From: Vezdaea acicularis
Taxonomy: Eukaryota
NCBI GenBank assembly: GCA_026025075.1
Contig: JAPEUI010000004.1
Span: forward strand, 248,001-312,000
Length of the DNA: 64,000 nucleotides
Direction: 5' to 3'
A model generated the notes under the pieces. That model was not told the origin of the DNA. It saw only the letters and a list, made by a program, of their open reading frames with translations, and made no database searches. Position 1 is the stretch's first letter. The number at the start of each line of letters is the position of its first letter. This document shows, piece by piece, positions 49,001 through 60,429 of the stretch. The translations under genes were made by a program, and so were the position numbers.

Positions 49001-51536
49001 GGACCATATGATCGAGGGCGAAGGGGAAAATGCAGTCATCTACGAGAAGCCAAGACTTGTGGAGATGAAGCGACCGAAAATGAACCCTAAACAAGCAACC
49101 GGTTTGCTTGGCGAGATCGCATCTAAAGTACGCAAGGACGATGGTAGCGACGACGAAGAAGATGATGATGATGGTGTGACCACTGGACCGTCGCATCCCA
49201 GCGTAGAGTCTGATTCGCCCACGACACCTAGCGATGAGGGAGTCTCTAAGTCTATGGATGGTTCGAACGCTATGAAAGCAGCCGGTTTTGGAGGCGCACC
49301 ACCCCCACCTCCACCACCAATGCCCGGCACACAGATCCTGCTACCGGGGTTCAATCAAGGGGCTCCTCCTCTGCCACCGCCGCCACCCCCACCCATGCCA
49401 GGCTTTGCAGGCGGCGCACCTCCTCCACCTCCTCCACCAATGCCTGGCTCGATCCCTGGAACTCTGCAAGCATCTATGCTACCTCCTTCGATACCTGGGG
49501 CACCTGCCTTACCAGGACCGAAGATAGGAGGATTCCTACCTCAACCCGAGTACACTGCGGTCCCCACAATCAGTCTACCTGTCGCCCGGCCGAAGAAGAA
49601 GCTCAAGAACCTGCATTGGGAGAAAGTCGATACCCCTCAAGTCACAATCTGGGCGGCGCATACGCCGACCCACGAAGCAAGAGAAGAAAAGTACAAAGAA
49701 TTATCGCGTAAGGGTGTTCTAGACGAAGTAGAGAAGCTGTTTTTGGCGAAAGAAATCAAGAAGATTGGCAAGTCAAGTGGAAAGAAAGGAGAAAAGAAGC
49801 AGATCATCTCCAGCGATTTAATGAGATCTTTCCGTAAGTGAACCAGTCATTGCTTAGGTGAGCATAGTTAACAAAATCCAGACATTTCTCTCGCCAAATT
49901 CTCTTCATACTCTGTCGATAAGGTCGTACAGATCATCATTCACTGCGACAAGGAAGTGCTTGACAATCCCGTCGTAATGGATTTCTTGCAGAAAAACGAC
50001 ATGTGCAACATTCCTGAAAATACGGCGAAGCTCATGGCGCCGTACAGCAAGGACTGGACAGGTCCTGATGGACAAAAGGCAGGCCGTGAGCAGGACCCAG
50101 CCGAGCTCACACGCGAAGATCAAATCTACCTTCAGACTGCCTTCGAGTTACATCATTACTGGAAGTCGCGTATGAGAGCTCTCGCTCTCACGAGAGATTT
50201 CGAGCCAGAATACGATCTGATCTCTGCTAAACTCAAGCAAGTCGTGGATGTTTCTGAATCACTTCGAGACTCGGTCACGCTCATGAACATTCTCGGTCTT
50301 ATCCTTGATCTCGGGAACTATATGAACGACAGCAACAAACAAGCCTCGGGGTTCAAGCTCAGCTCTCTTGCTCGCCTTGGTATGGTAAAGGACGATAAGA
50401 ATGAGCTTACTTTTGCCGACGTGGTAGAGAGGATCGTGCGAACTCAGTACCCCGAATGGGAAGGATTCGTCGAGGACATTGGAGGAGTTGTTGCGGCACA
50501 AAAGCTCAATGTCGAGCAGCTCCAAATTGATGCCAAGAAGTACATTGAAAACATTCGCAACGTACAGATGTCCCTTGACTCGGGTAATTTGAGCGATCCG
50601 AAGAAGTTTCACCCGCAGGATAGAGTTAGCCTGGTCGTCCAAAGATCCATGAAAGACGCCCGACGAAAGGCAGAGCAGATGGAACTGTATCTGGAAGACA
50701 TGATCAGGACCTATGACGATATCATGACCTTCTATGGCGAGGACCCAACAGATGACAACTCGAGAAGAGACTTCTTCTCCAAACTGGCCGTCTTCGTAAC
50801 GGAGTGGAAGAAGTCTAAGGAGAAGAATCTCGCATTAGAGGATCTTCACCGGCGCAACGAAGCCTCGATGCGTCGCAAGCACGGCAATGCACTCGCCAAT
50901 GCCTCCGGCGAAGCCGCCCCCGCTTCCCCAGCTAGTACCGGCGCGATGGACTCCCTCCTCGAGAAGCTCCGCGCAGCAGCGCCCCAGACCAAAGACCAAC
51001 GCGAACGCCGCCGCCGCGCAAGGCTCCAGAACCGCCATCAAGTCCGCGTCGCCTCCGGCCAAGAGATCCCCGACCTGCCCGACCCCAAAACCGACGACGA
51101 CTCTGGCCTCCTCAGCCCCGGCCTCAGCGCGTCCGGCGACACCGTCGGCGCCGGCGACGATGCAGACGCCAAGTCAGAGAGCGAGGACATCGCCGACCGC
51201 GCCGCGAGCATACTACAAGGCATTCGCGGCAAGGATGGCGACGAGACGGAACCGCCCGCGATCCGCGTGCGCAGACGCAGGGAGAGCGCTGACGATGAGA
51301 GGAAGGCTCGCCGAAGACGTCGTACCCAGGCCGGTAGCAGCAATACAGAGGGTGGCGCCGCGGGAGATGACGCCGCGGGCGTGAAGGAGACGATCCCGGA
51401 GGACCCGGCTGAGGATGGTAATGATAGCCAGAGGGACAGTAAGGAGTCGGATGGGATGGCGCCGCCGCGGACGGTCGTCTCGCCGCCGTCGCCGGATGGG
51501 AAGGAGAAGAGGGTCGTGGTGGAGCTTTCGGACTAA
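46078..51536 (+). CDS. sepA: Formin SepA/Bni1 (GBD-FH3, FH1, FH2, DAD)
   Basis: LQSLQVSLRTQPI|SWVKAF, REYDIIKCL..LMNNKYG, poly-Pro FH1, PKKKLKNLHWEK, GNYMND..GFKL, MDSLLEKLR; introns ~47290-47347 and ~49834-49881. Confidence 0.96.
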
Positions 51537-52221
51537 AGGGCGGGAGTTGAGTGACGGTCACATGACTGACTCACTAGTCAGCGGTTTGGAATTTTCTCAG
51601 GGATATCGCGCATCGGTACTGCGCGTCTCGTCGGCTGGTTGGTTCGTCCATCCATCTTTAGGGGGTTAGACCTTGTAATACCACTTTATCATTTCCCCCC
51701 TTTTTCTTCCTCCGTGTTTTGCGGTCCTCCGTCCATCTTCTCAGCATTGGCGTTTGATGGGCTGCTTTCTTTCTTAAAGTGCATAGCGGTTTCGGGGCGG
51801 CCCTGCTTTTCTCTCTCTTTCCCCCTTTTTTCTTCCCTTTTTTTTCCCCTCTTCTTCCTCATTTTTGTGTGGGCTGCTGTGGTTTAGGGACATTGTGCGT
51901 GGAGAGCTCGCGCTGGTACTGTACAGAGACTGAATGGAGAGCGTGCTGCCAGTCAGAAAGTGGCTGCGAGGAAATGGGTCGCTGGGGGCTGGTGCTGAGA
52001 TGGTTAGGTCGTTGAATCGAGAGGGGTTTCTCTGGTTCTCTATTTTGTCTTGGTTTTTCCTCGTTCAAGTGTCCGTTTCGTGCCTTGTGTCGATAATCGC
52101 TGACCCCCCCCCCCCCCCACCTCCGCCCTTCTCTTTCTTCCTAGCCCTTCTCGCTAAGTGTCAAGGATTTCGATTCGTCGTGGGCTCGCCATTACCCTAG
52201 CTAACCCCTCACCTGCCCGAG

Positions 52222-52590
52222 ACTTCTTCTCTTTCCAGGCTTCTTCTCCTTCCAGCTTCTTCTCCTTCCACACTTCTTCTCCTCCTACACTTCTTCGCCT
52301 TCCACACTTCTTCTTCCACACTTCTTCTCCTTCCACACTTCTTCTCCTTCCACACTACTTCTCCTTCCACACTTCTTCTCCTTCCAGCTTCTTCTCCCTC
52401 CAGCTTCTTCAACTTTCAGACTTCTTCTCCTTCCAGCTTCTTCTCCTTCCAGCTTCTTCTCCTCCCAGACTTCTTCTCCTTGCACACTTCTTCTCCTTCC
52501 ATACTTCTTCTCCTTCCACACTTCTTCTCCTTTCACACTTCCTCTCCCTCCACACTTCTTCTCCTTCCACACTTCTTCTCCTTCCATCTT
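52222..52590 (+). repeat. Polypyrimidine minisatellite, 16-17 bp unit CTTCTTCTCCTTCCA(CA/G), ~20 degenerate copies
   Basis: Tandem array visible directly; a C15 run at 52104-52118 lies just upstream. Confidence 0.92.
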
Positions 52591-52731
52591 TCTTTCCTTC
52601 CTTACTGAACTCGCACCTCATTGATACACTGACACAGCGGCCTCTTGCGCAGCTGGAGCTCGGTAAGCTGTGTGCTCTATATCAATTCAATCATTCTGCT
52701 TGAAACGGCGTACTTACTTCAAGCTTCGCTT

Positions 52732-53160
52732 TTCAGTCCATCTAAGGCACGGTAAGGAGGTCATTCTCTGTCCCTTTCGCTGTACTTCACTTCACTTCCA
52801 ATCGCTGCTGGCTGGAGCTCGGGAAGGGTTTAAGGTAGGTTGTTCGTGTTTCTTAGAGTCATCGCAGGTGGTTTCGGCTGTCATATCACTTTCTTTCTTC
52901 TTTCTCATACAGCAGATTCATGTTTAACTCAGCTCGTGTAGCTCTTCAAACAACGAACATCCTTACCTTCGGTCCACCTAAGGTACGGTAGGGAATTCAG
53001 TCTCTATCGCTTTCACTTCACTTCATTTCACTTCATTTCACTTTCAATCGCTGCTGGCAGGAGCTCGTGAAAGGGTTTGAGGTAGGTCGGTCGTGTTTCT
53101 TGCGCTTGTCGCAGGTGATTTCGGCTTGGGGGTTTTGGAGTTTTCATATCACTTTTCTTT
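52732..53160 (+). repeat. Diverged direct duplication (~52732-52897 vs ~52968-53160)
   Basis: Both copies share GTCCAYCTAAGGYACGGTA..., CAATCGCTGCTGGCWGGAGCTCG, AAGGGTTTRAGGTAGGT, TCGCAGGTGRTTTCGGCT and TCATATCACTTT. Confidence 0.88.
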
Positions 53161-53375
53161 CGCAAGGAGCACATTTGGCATGTTCGCGGGCTCATCGCTC
53201 GCTCGATCTCGAGTCTAACAGAGGAAAGACTTCATCTTTGAGCCAGTCTCATAGAAGATCTTTTCTTGTTAGAACTCTGCTAGAGATCTACATCTTTCAA
53301 GACTTGAGGTCACAGATAACTTGTTACGTGACCCATTGCTGACGGTTTTCATTCAGAATAAGCCTTTACTTCAAA

Positions 53376-54587
53376 ATGGCTATCCTCGAAGATGTCAGAG
53401 TGGAGATCGTGTCTACGAAAACTGGTCAGGTCTACCAGGAATACGAAGTCCCCGGATATGACCCTGCACATCTCTCAGGCAGAGCCAATAACTACATTGA
53501 AGTAGAGAGTGGTGATGAGTTTGGTATTTCCATCACTATAGGGAGATATTTTCCTTATGCAAACGCCACCGCGGCAAGAGCTACTTGGGAAATTGACAAC
53601 GGGTTGATTGGACGACATGACAATTGCGTGATCGCCAGACAAGCATCAAAACCACGACATCTCTTTCATTTCGTGGACCACACGGTGAGACAAACTAGTG
53701 GAGCTTGGGCAAAGTGGGGATTCTCCTTCCGTGATCTTTGGGCGGGTACTGGAACTCCCACCTCTACTTTTGCCTTTGGTATATTAATAGTTGCTAGACG
53801 AAGGTCTCGAGCATGCTTCTGATCAATTCTCCAAAAAAAAGCCAGATAGGCTAGGCTGCATCCGAGTCGTCATAGACAAAGGGTATATTCAGAGCGATGC
53901 CGGCCCAGTGGCGCTTCATGACACCCCATCCGAGATACTAGTGAAAAGCTCTAAAGAGTTAATCAAACAGCGACGTTTGGATTATGTAGGGGAGTTAGTA
54001 TGTCCGGTTCTATCATCTTATCAATTTGCTGACTAGGAATTTCATGTAAAAGTCTATTTGAGGGGGAGGCAGTTGATCCGCCAATTCCAAACATGGCTTC
54101 CAGCTTTCAGTATGAAGAATGGATAGCCGAGTTCAGCTTCCAATATAGGTCTCGCTGTAAGTAATTTGCTACTGAACTATTTGGCAAGAGATTGATCTTA
54201 GGCAGCCGCCTTGCAATCGCTTGGAATCATCCCCTTCTTACCAAAGACTATTTCATTGCGAGAACCTGCCACTACAAAGTTGACGTCAGCGGAGAAAGAT
54301 AAAGAACTAGAGAGACTTCGGGTAGGTTTAAAGCCCATGCACTTTGCTGGTTAATAATGGCTGACATGGCTACTGTAAAGACTACAGAAAAGCAACTAAC
54401 CCTTGAGATTGAACGCATTAAAATGAAGGGAGGGGCCGAGTATGAGACTCGAACGGAGATGAAGGAGGGATTAGGGGTAAAACGCATTCGACTTCATCTT
54501 GAGTTTGACTTGGATGAGCAGCCATCCCCAAAGAAGCGCAAGCTCGTCGTCGATTTGCCTGGAGATGATGAGAGAGACTCCTCATGA
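53376..54587 (+). CDS. Uncharacterised fungal protein, DUF7918-like, multi-exon
   Basis: MAILEDVRVEI..YQEYE..NYIEVESGDEFGI, LGCIRVVI and EFSFQYRSR|..ALQSLGIIP across predicted introns; C-terminal KKRK (NLS-like). Confidence 0.65.
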
Positions 54588-55084
54588 TTCATAGCATCTC
54601 AGGAAAGGCGGCATCTGCGAAATTTCAAGGCTGCCTGCTTTTGATTTATGGGGACTTGGATTCTGCACTCTGAGATGGAAGGGGAGGCACTGTTGACTTC
54701 GATGGATTCACACCAAAATGGGGGAGCGTGCACTAGGTTGAAAGCTGGCGGGGAATGATAATTGCGCGACCATTTCTCTGAAAAAATAGAAACATTCATT
54801 TAGCAGACTAGTCTGTGATATCCCGATGCTTGCATGCGAAGAACACGTTCTGAGACAAGCCATTTACCTGCCTGCACAGTCGAGATGTATTGCGCAACCT
54901 TTGACTTGCTCTTTTCACTGCCATATATTCTAGAATGCACCGACTGGCGCGCGCCATAGCCATACCACACAAAATCTAATCTTTCAGAAAATGACTTTCC
55001 ACCACCCTTAAAAGCAGTCACAGTTGGCAATGGAAAAAGAACTGCGAATCTCCGATCTTTGGTGTGCTATGCTCATGTTCCGCC

Positions 55085-55336
55085 CCCCACGAGTATAGAT
55101 GGTGGGGTTATCCCTGCGTGCCCCGCAATTCGGACAAGCGGCTTTCGGTAAGAGCACCCCGCCAAACCACCGATCATCGGCGGGGTCTGTTGACCACGAG
55201 ATGCCTCCTTACGCAACGCCGGACCACATCGAGAAACCAAAAAAGTCCATGGGATCAGACTTCTAAGCTATGTGTCTTCCTTCTCAGTAGGGTAATGGTT
55301 TGATGTCACCCGCCTGTAAGCTCGGTTGCATATAAA
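55085..55336 (+). promoter_or_regulatory. FDH upstream region: five SYGGRG (CreA-type) sites and a TATA box
   Basis: SYGGRG matches at 55085, 55102, 55121, 55157 and 55180; TATAAA at 55331-55336. Confidence 0.5.
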
Positions 55337-55695
55337 GAGGGGTCTTCCCAAGAAATGCACCGTTAGACCTGCTCGTCTCTTCCTCGTCCCAACACCACGA
55401 ATCTCTCTCTCTCTCTGATCAGATCTTTGATAAGAGGAATTCTTCTCCGAATCCTACCGCCCCAACTCCCGTTATCAGGAAGTATCAAGTAGCCTTAGCT
55501 TTGAGTCCCAGTGCGGAAATCCGTTCCCTGGTTGCGTATGACGCAAGTCCTAACTTCGGCAATAGACCCCGCGGGAAGCGAAAAGCCGGCCAAAGAGCTA
55601 CGTAAAGGGTCGAGCAAGTCGCGTCACTGCCCTTCCGGCTCTTGTGGAAGCTGAATTGGACTTGTTATCCACATTCTTAAAATTTTTCAATCAAA

Positions 55696-57163
55696 ATGGT
55701 ATTTACTCATTCTTTCTGCCGCTCTGTACGGCCCGCGTCTAGGCTCCTCTGGGCGCGGGCTGCAGCTCCTGCCCGAGCTTCTACTACTCCCTTTGTATCG
55801 CATGCGCTGTTCAAGCAAGGTCAGAGTAGGACACTAACCGCGACACATAACTTACAGTCGAAGGTCTTACTTGTACTTTATGATGTGAGTTTTTCCGAGC
55901 CCAATTGGGATATCAACCATCGCAATTGGGTTGCTATCACTTCATTACGGGCGCTAATTGGGGTTGTAGGGCCACGAACATGCCAAAGAGGTCCCCGAGC
56001 TCCTCGGGACCACCGAGAATGAGTTGGGGCTCCGCTCATGGCTTACGGAGCAGGGCCATACCTTGGTAACGACTTCCGACAAGGAAGGCGAGGCCTCGAC
56101 CTTTGATAAGGAGCTTGTTGACGCTGAAATTATCATCACTACGCCGTGAGCATTGGCCATCATTCCTCACGTTACTCTCCGGTCAGCGCAATATTAACGT
56201 ATAGTCTTTGACAGCTTCCATCCGGGCTATTTGACTGCTGAACGGCTCGCAAAGGCGAAGAAATTGAAACTAGCTATTACTGCCGGCATTGGCAGCGACC
56301 ATGTCGATCTCAATGCGGCGAACGAGCATAAAGTCACAGTAGCTGAAGTCACCGGCTCGAACGTCGTATCGGTCGCCGAGCACGTCGTGATGACAATTCT
56401 GGTCCTTGTTCGCAATTTTGTCCCAGCCCACGAGCAAATTGAAGCTGGCCGATGGAACGTTGCAGAGGTTGCCAAGAACGAGTACGATCTAGAAAACAAG
56501 GTTGTTGGCACTGTGGCCGTCGGGAGGATTGGCGAGAGAGTCTTGAGGAGATTGAAGCCATTCGACTGCAAGGAATTACTCTACTTCGACTACCAGCCAC
56601 TAAAGCCAGAGGTGGAAAAGGAGATTGGATGCCGACGTGTGGAGAGTCTAGAGGAAATGCTAGGCCAGTGCGACGTGGTCACAATCAACTGCCCACTGCA
56701 CGAAAAGACAAGGGGTTTGTTCAATAAAGAGCTCATCTCCAAGATGAAGCCTGGTAAGAAGCCTTCCCCTATTTTCACTCTTCCTCATCTGTACAGCCAT
56801 TAACCCTTCTCTTCAGGCTCTTGGCTCGTGAATACCGCCCGCGGCGCTATCGTTGTGAAAGAAGACGTCGCGGAAGCCCTCAAATCAGGTCACTTGCGCG
56901 GCTATGGTGGCGACGTATGGTTCCCACAACCAGCACCTCAGGAGCACCCTCTGCGCTATGCAAAGAATCCCTTCGGAGGCGGGAACGCTATGGTTCCGCA
57001 TATGTCCGGCACGAGCTTGGACGCGCAGAAGAGGTACGCGGAGGGCACGAAGTCCATCCTCGCCACGTACTTTAGTGGGAAGGATGATTACAGGCTACAA
57101 GATTTGATTGTGCATAAGGGCGAGTATGCTACGAAGGCTTATGGACAGCGGACGCAGAAGTGA
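55696..57163 (+). CDS. FDH1: NAD-dependent formate dehydrogenase
   Basis: [72 protein letters not shown]. Confidence 0.97.
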
Positions 57164-57257
57164 GGGAGTAGTTGGTTTGCGAGGGTGAGGAATGTATGTA
57201 GTTAGAAATTGATACAACTGGCCTGAAGTCGAGATTCGTCTTTGTATTGTTACACTA

Positions 57258-60127
57258 TCAGTACACGAAGTTCACCACCTTCCCCTTCTTGACCACAACC
57301 ACCCTCTTCCACCTCCCCCACTCCCTCCGCTCTCTCAACCACTTCCCCCCCCCCTCCGTCTCCCCTATCCGGCCCACCAGCCACTCCCTCAACGCCTCTT
57401 CCTCCATTCCATCCGGCACGCGCGGCAACTCAACCACAAACTTCACCGTCCCATCAATCTGCACCGCGCACTTCCCCCCCCTACTTCCCAGCACCCGCAA
57501 ACTCCCATCTAGCTCCGGCCACCAAGCATCAAGCACGCTCTCGCCCTCGTCTCCACCGTTGAGAACGGCCCAGCACTCTTCACTCAGCGCCGGCGTCACC
57601 GGCGCCATCATCTGTACCAGGTGGCGCGTCGCCTGAACTCTGACACCCTCGTGTAACCCCTTCTCGGCCTCGAGAATCGTGTTGGTCAACTCCATCAACG
57701 TGCTGACGACCGTATTCAGCGCATAGGACCGGTCAAACGCGTGGGTAACACTACCCAGCGCCTGCTGGACAGCAAGCCAGACGCGGGCATCGGCATCGCT
57801 GAACGTTTCAAGGGGCGGCAAAGGCGGGTCCGTGCTATGAGCATTCGAGGATGCAGCGGATAGATGTGTGAGTCGCCACACTTTTGCCAGCCATCGCTGC
57901 ACACCTACGATCTTCCCAGCGTCCCAGTCGAGCACCTCTCCTACCGGCGCCGCGAACAGCATGTGTGCGCGCGTGGCGCTCGCACCGTGCGCTGCGATCA
58001 CGGAGCTGGGGTCTACGCCGTTGTGTTTGCTCTTTGACATTTTCTCCCAGGAGAGGATGGCCGCTTCCCCTGTTGCTGCCACAGTGGGGATGGTAGCGCC
58101 TGGAGATGGCCAGCTCAGTTCGCCAGGGCGTAGGTAGCGGCCTGTACAGCCGCAGCGGTAGGTTGGCCCGTGGACCATGCCTTGCGCGAGGAGGCGCGTG
58201 AAGGGCTCACCCTTTTGCTGCGATAGAGGTGTTGGGGGGGAGGTGGGGGGAAGTAGGGAGGACAGGAATTTGGTCATGAAGCGCGCGTAGAGCAGGTGGA
58301 GGATTGCATGCTCGACGCCTCCGACGTAGAGGTCGACTGGCAAGGTAGAGAACGCTGCATGGGCGGAGAAGGGTGCGTGGTCGTTGTGCGGGTCGGAGAA
58401 GCGCAGGTGGTACCATGAGGAATCGACGAAGGTGTCCATCGTGTCGGTTTCGCGCTTTGCAGGCGTAGAGCAATGCGGGCAGGGGACGTGTAGCCAGGAC
58501 GAAGCGGACGCAAGAGGATTGCCTTTTGCGGGGTTGGCGGGGAGAGGCGGGAGGGTGACGGGGAGGGAGATGCGTGGGACAGGGACAGGACCACAGTTCG
58601 GGCAGTGGATTATAGGTATTGGTGTCCCCCAATAGCGTTGGCGGCTTATGAGCCAGTCGCGAAGGCGCCAGGTAGAGGTCTCTTCGGCATAGAAACCGGC
58701 GGCTTGGAGGGCGTTGAGGATTAAGGGCGTGGCTTCGCTGGATGGAAGGCCGGCAAAGGGGCCACAGTTGGTGTTGAGGATGCCAGCGGAGGTGTGGGGG
58801 TCTTGGACGGCACCGGCTTCGGCGGCTTCTTGTGTGGGGAGGATGACGGTGCGGGCTTCCTCTCCGCTATAATTCTCCTTAAAGAAGGCGGAGTCGCGGC
58901 TATCATGACCAGGAACGCCCATCACAGCTGCTCCTCCGTATTCGCCCAGTACATAGGGTGCCACGAATATAGGGAGCTTCTCGTTTTTTCCTTTTGGCGC
59001 CCCGTCGAGCGAGTATATCGGATTGTCGCCGTGAAGATCTGGCAAACGGTAACCGGCTTTAGAGTCATGGGGTAAGGCGGGAATCGAGTCCAAGAATGTT
59101 CGCAGAGCTGAGTCCGTCTTGGCAGCTTCCTGTACAAGTGGGTGGGATGAAGACAGTGCGAGGAACTGGACACCAAATAAGGTGTCAGGGCGGGTAGTGA
59201 AAACGTCCACCGGGTACGACTTCATACGAGGGCCGGAGATGTCGAATCCGATTTTTGCGCCTGCAGACCTACCCAGCCAGTTCTTCTGTTGGGAGACGAC
59301 TCTCTCAGGCCAATTCTGGTCAGTTTCGAGAATATCAAGATCATTCAGGAGTTCTTCTTTGTAGTGGGTGATTCGTAGAAACCACTGCTTGAGTTTCCTC
59401 TGCTCTACCTTCGCTCCTGATCGCCATGAATGCCCGTTTCCATCCACTTGCTCGTTTGCGAGGACTGTCTGATCTATTGGGTCGTAATTGACCATCGATT
59501 CCGCTTGGTATGCGAGGCCGCGTTCATATAGATCGAGAAAGATATGCTGTGTATGCTTGTAGAACTTTGGGTCACAGGTCATCAGCTCCTGGATACATTC
59601 TATTAGCTAGCGGAACTATGCGAAGTAGATACAAGCTTAGTAAAAGGTATGTCATGTACCCTATCCCAGTTCCAGCGCCCTCCCATGGCGACTAGCTGTT
59701 CCTTCATTTTCGCAATGTTCTCCATTGTCCATTTTTCCGGGTTTACCCCCCGCTCTATCGCCGCATTCTCAGCTGGAAGACCGAAAGCGTCCCATCCCAT
59801 TGGGTGTATTACGCTATATCCTTGCATATGCTTGAATCGAGCTATAACATCGGAGATCGTATATACCCTTAGGTGGCCCATATGGAGCGTCCCTGAAGGG
59901 TAAGGAAACATAGGCAGGACAAACGCCTTGCCCTTACTCCCCTGCCGTGGTGCCTGATTGGCCTCATTCTTTGCCCACTGAGTGTGCCGTTTCCTTTCAA
60001 TTGTCCGAATGTCTAAACGAGGTGTTGTTGCAGTTGAAGTAGCTCGCAATTGGAAGAAGAGAGGAAGTTGAAATTTTGACCTAGCACGGGGCCATGTACG
60101 GCCTGCACCAATCCAGTCAAGCCTCAT
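57258..60127 (-). CDS. NAM2: Mitochondrial leucyl-tRNA synthetase
   Basis: [65 protein letters not shown]; one intron ~59604-59658. Confidence 0.95.
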
Positions 60128-60429
60128 GCTGGATAAACGCAGCAAAGGCTGCAAATGAGTCCTGGTCTTATATGAGTTTGAAGATGGGTTCACCTACGAC
60201 TGGAAGCTATGGGCCACAAGGATTTTGGCTTTTGCCGATTGTGGTTAGACGAACCATGAACTTCCCCTTCAACGACTCGAACGCCCCCGTCGTGAAGTGC
60301 CATGTACCATCCGTAGGAACTCTATATCTTGTCCAGAGCTCCCAGCTAGCTTCTCAATTCCAATGAATTCCTCTAAGATGAACAGATAGCAATAACTGTT
60401 TACAATTTTCACCTAGCGCTTGAAGCGCA

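Noticed and set aside
40268..51536. Local RiPP biosynthetic cluster around the GRGGYN ORF
   Set aside because: The neighbours are MSS1 and formin. No DUF3328/UstY oxidase, prolyl oligopeptidase, tyrosinase or exporter was recognised in the window.
52154..52703. Repetitive ORFs (EGEEVWKEKK / FFSFHTSSPS)
   Set aside because: By-products of a 16-17 bp minisatellite whose unit is not a multiple of three.
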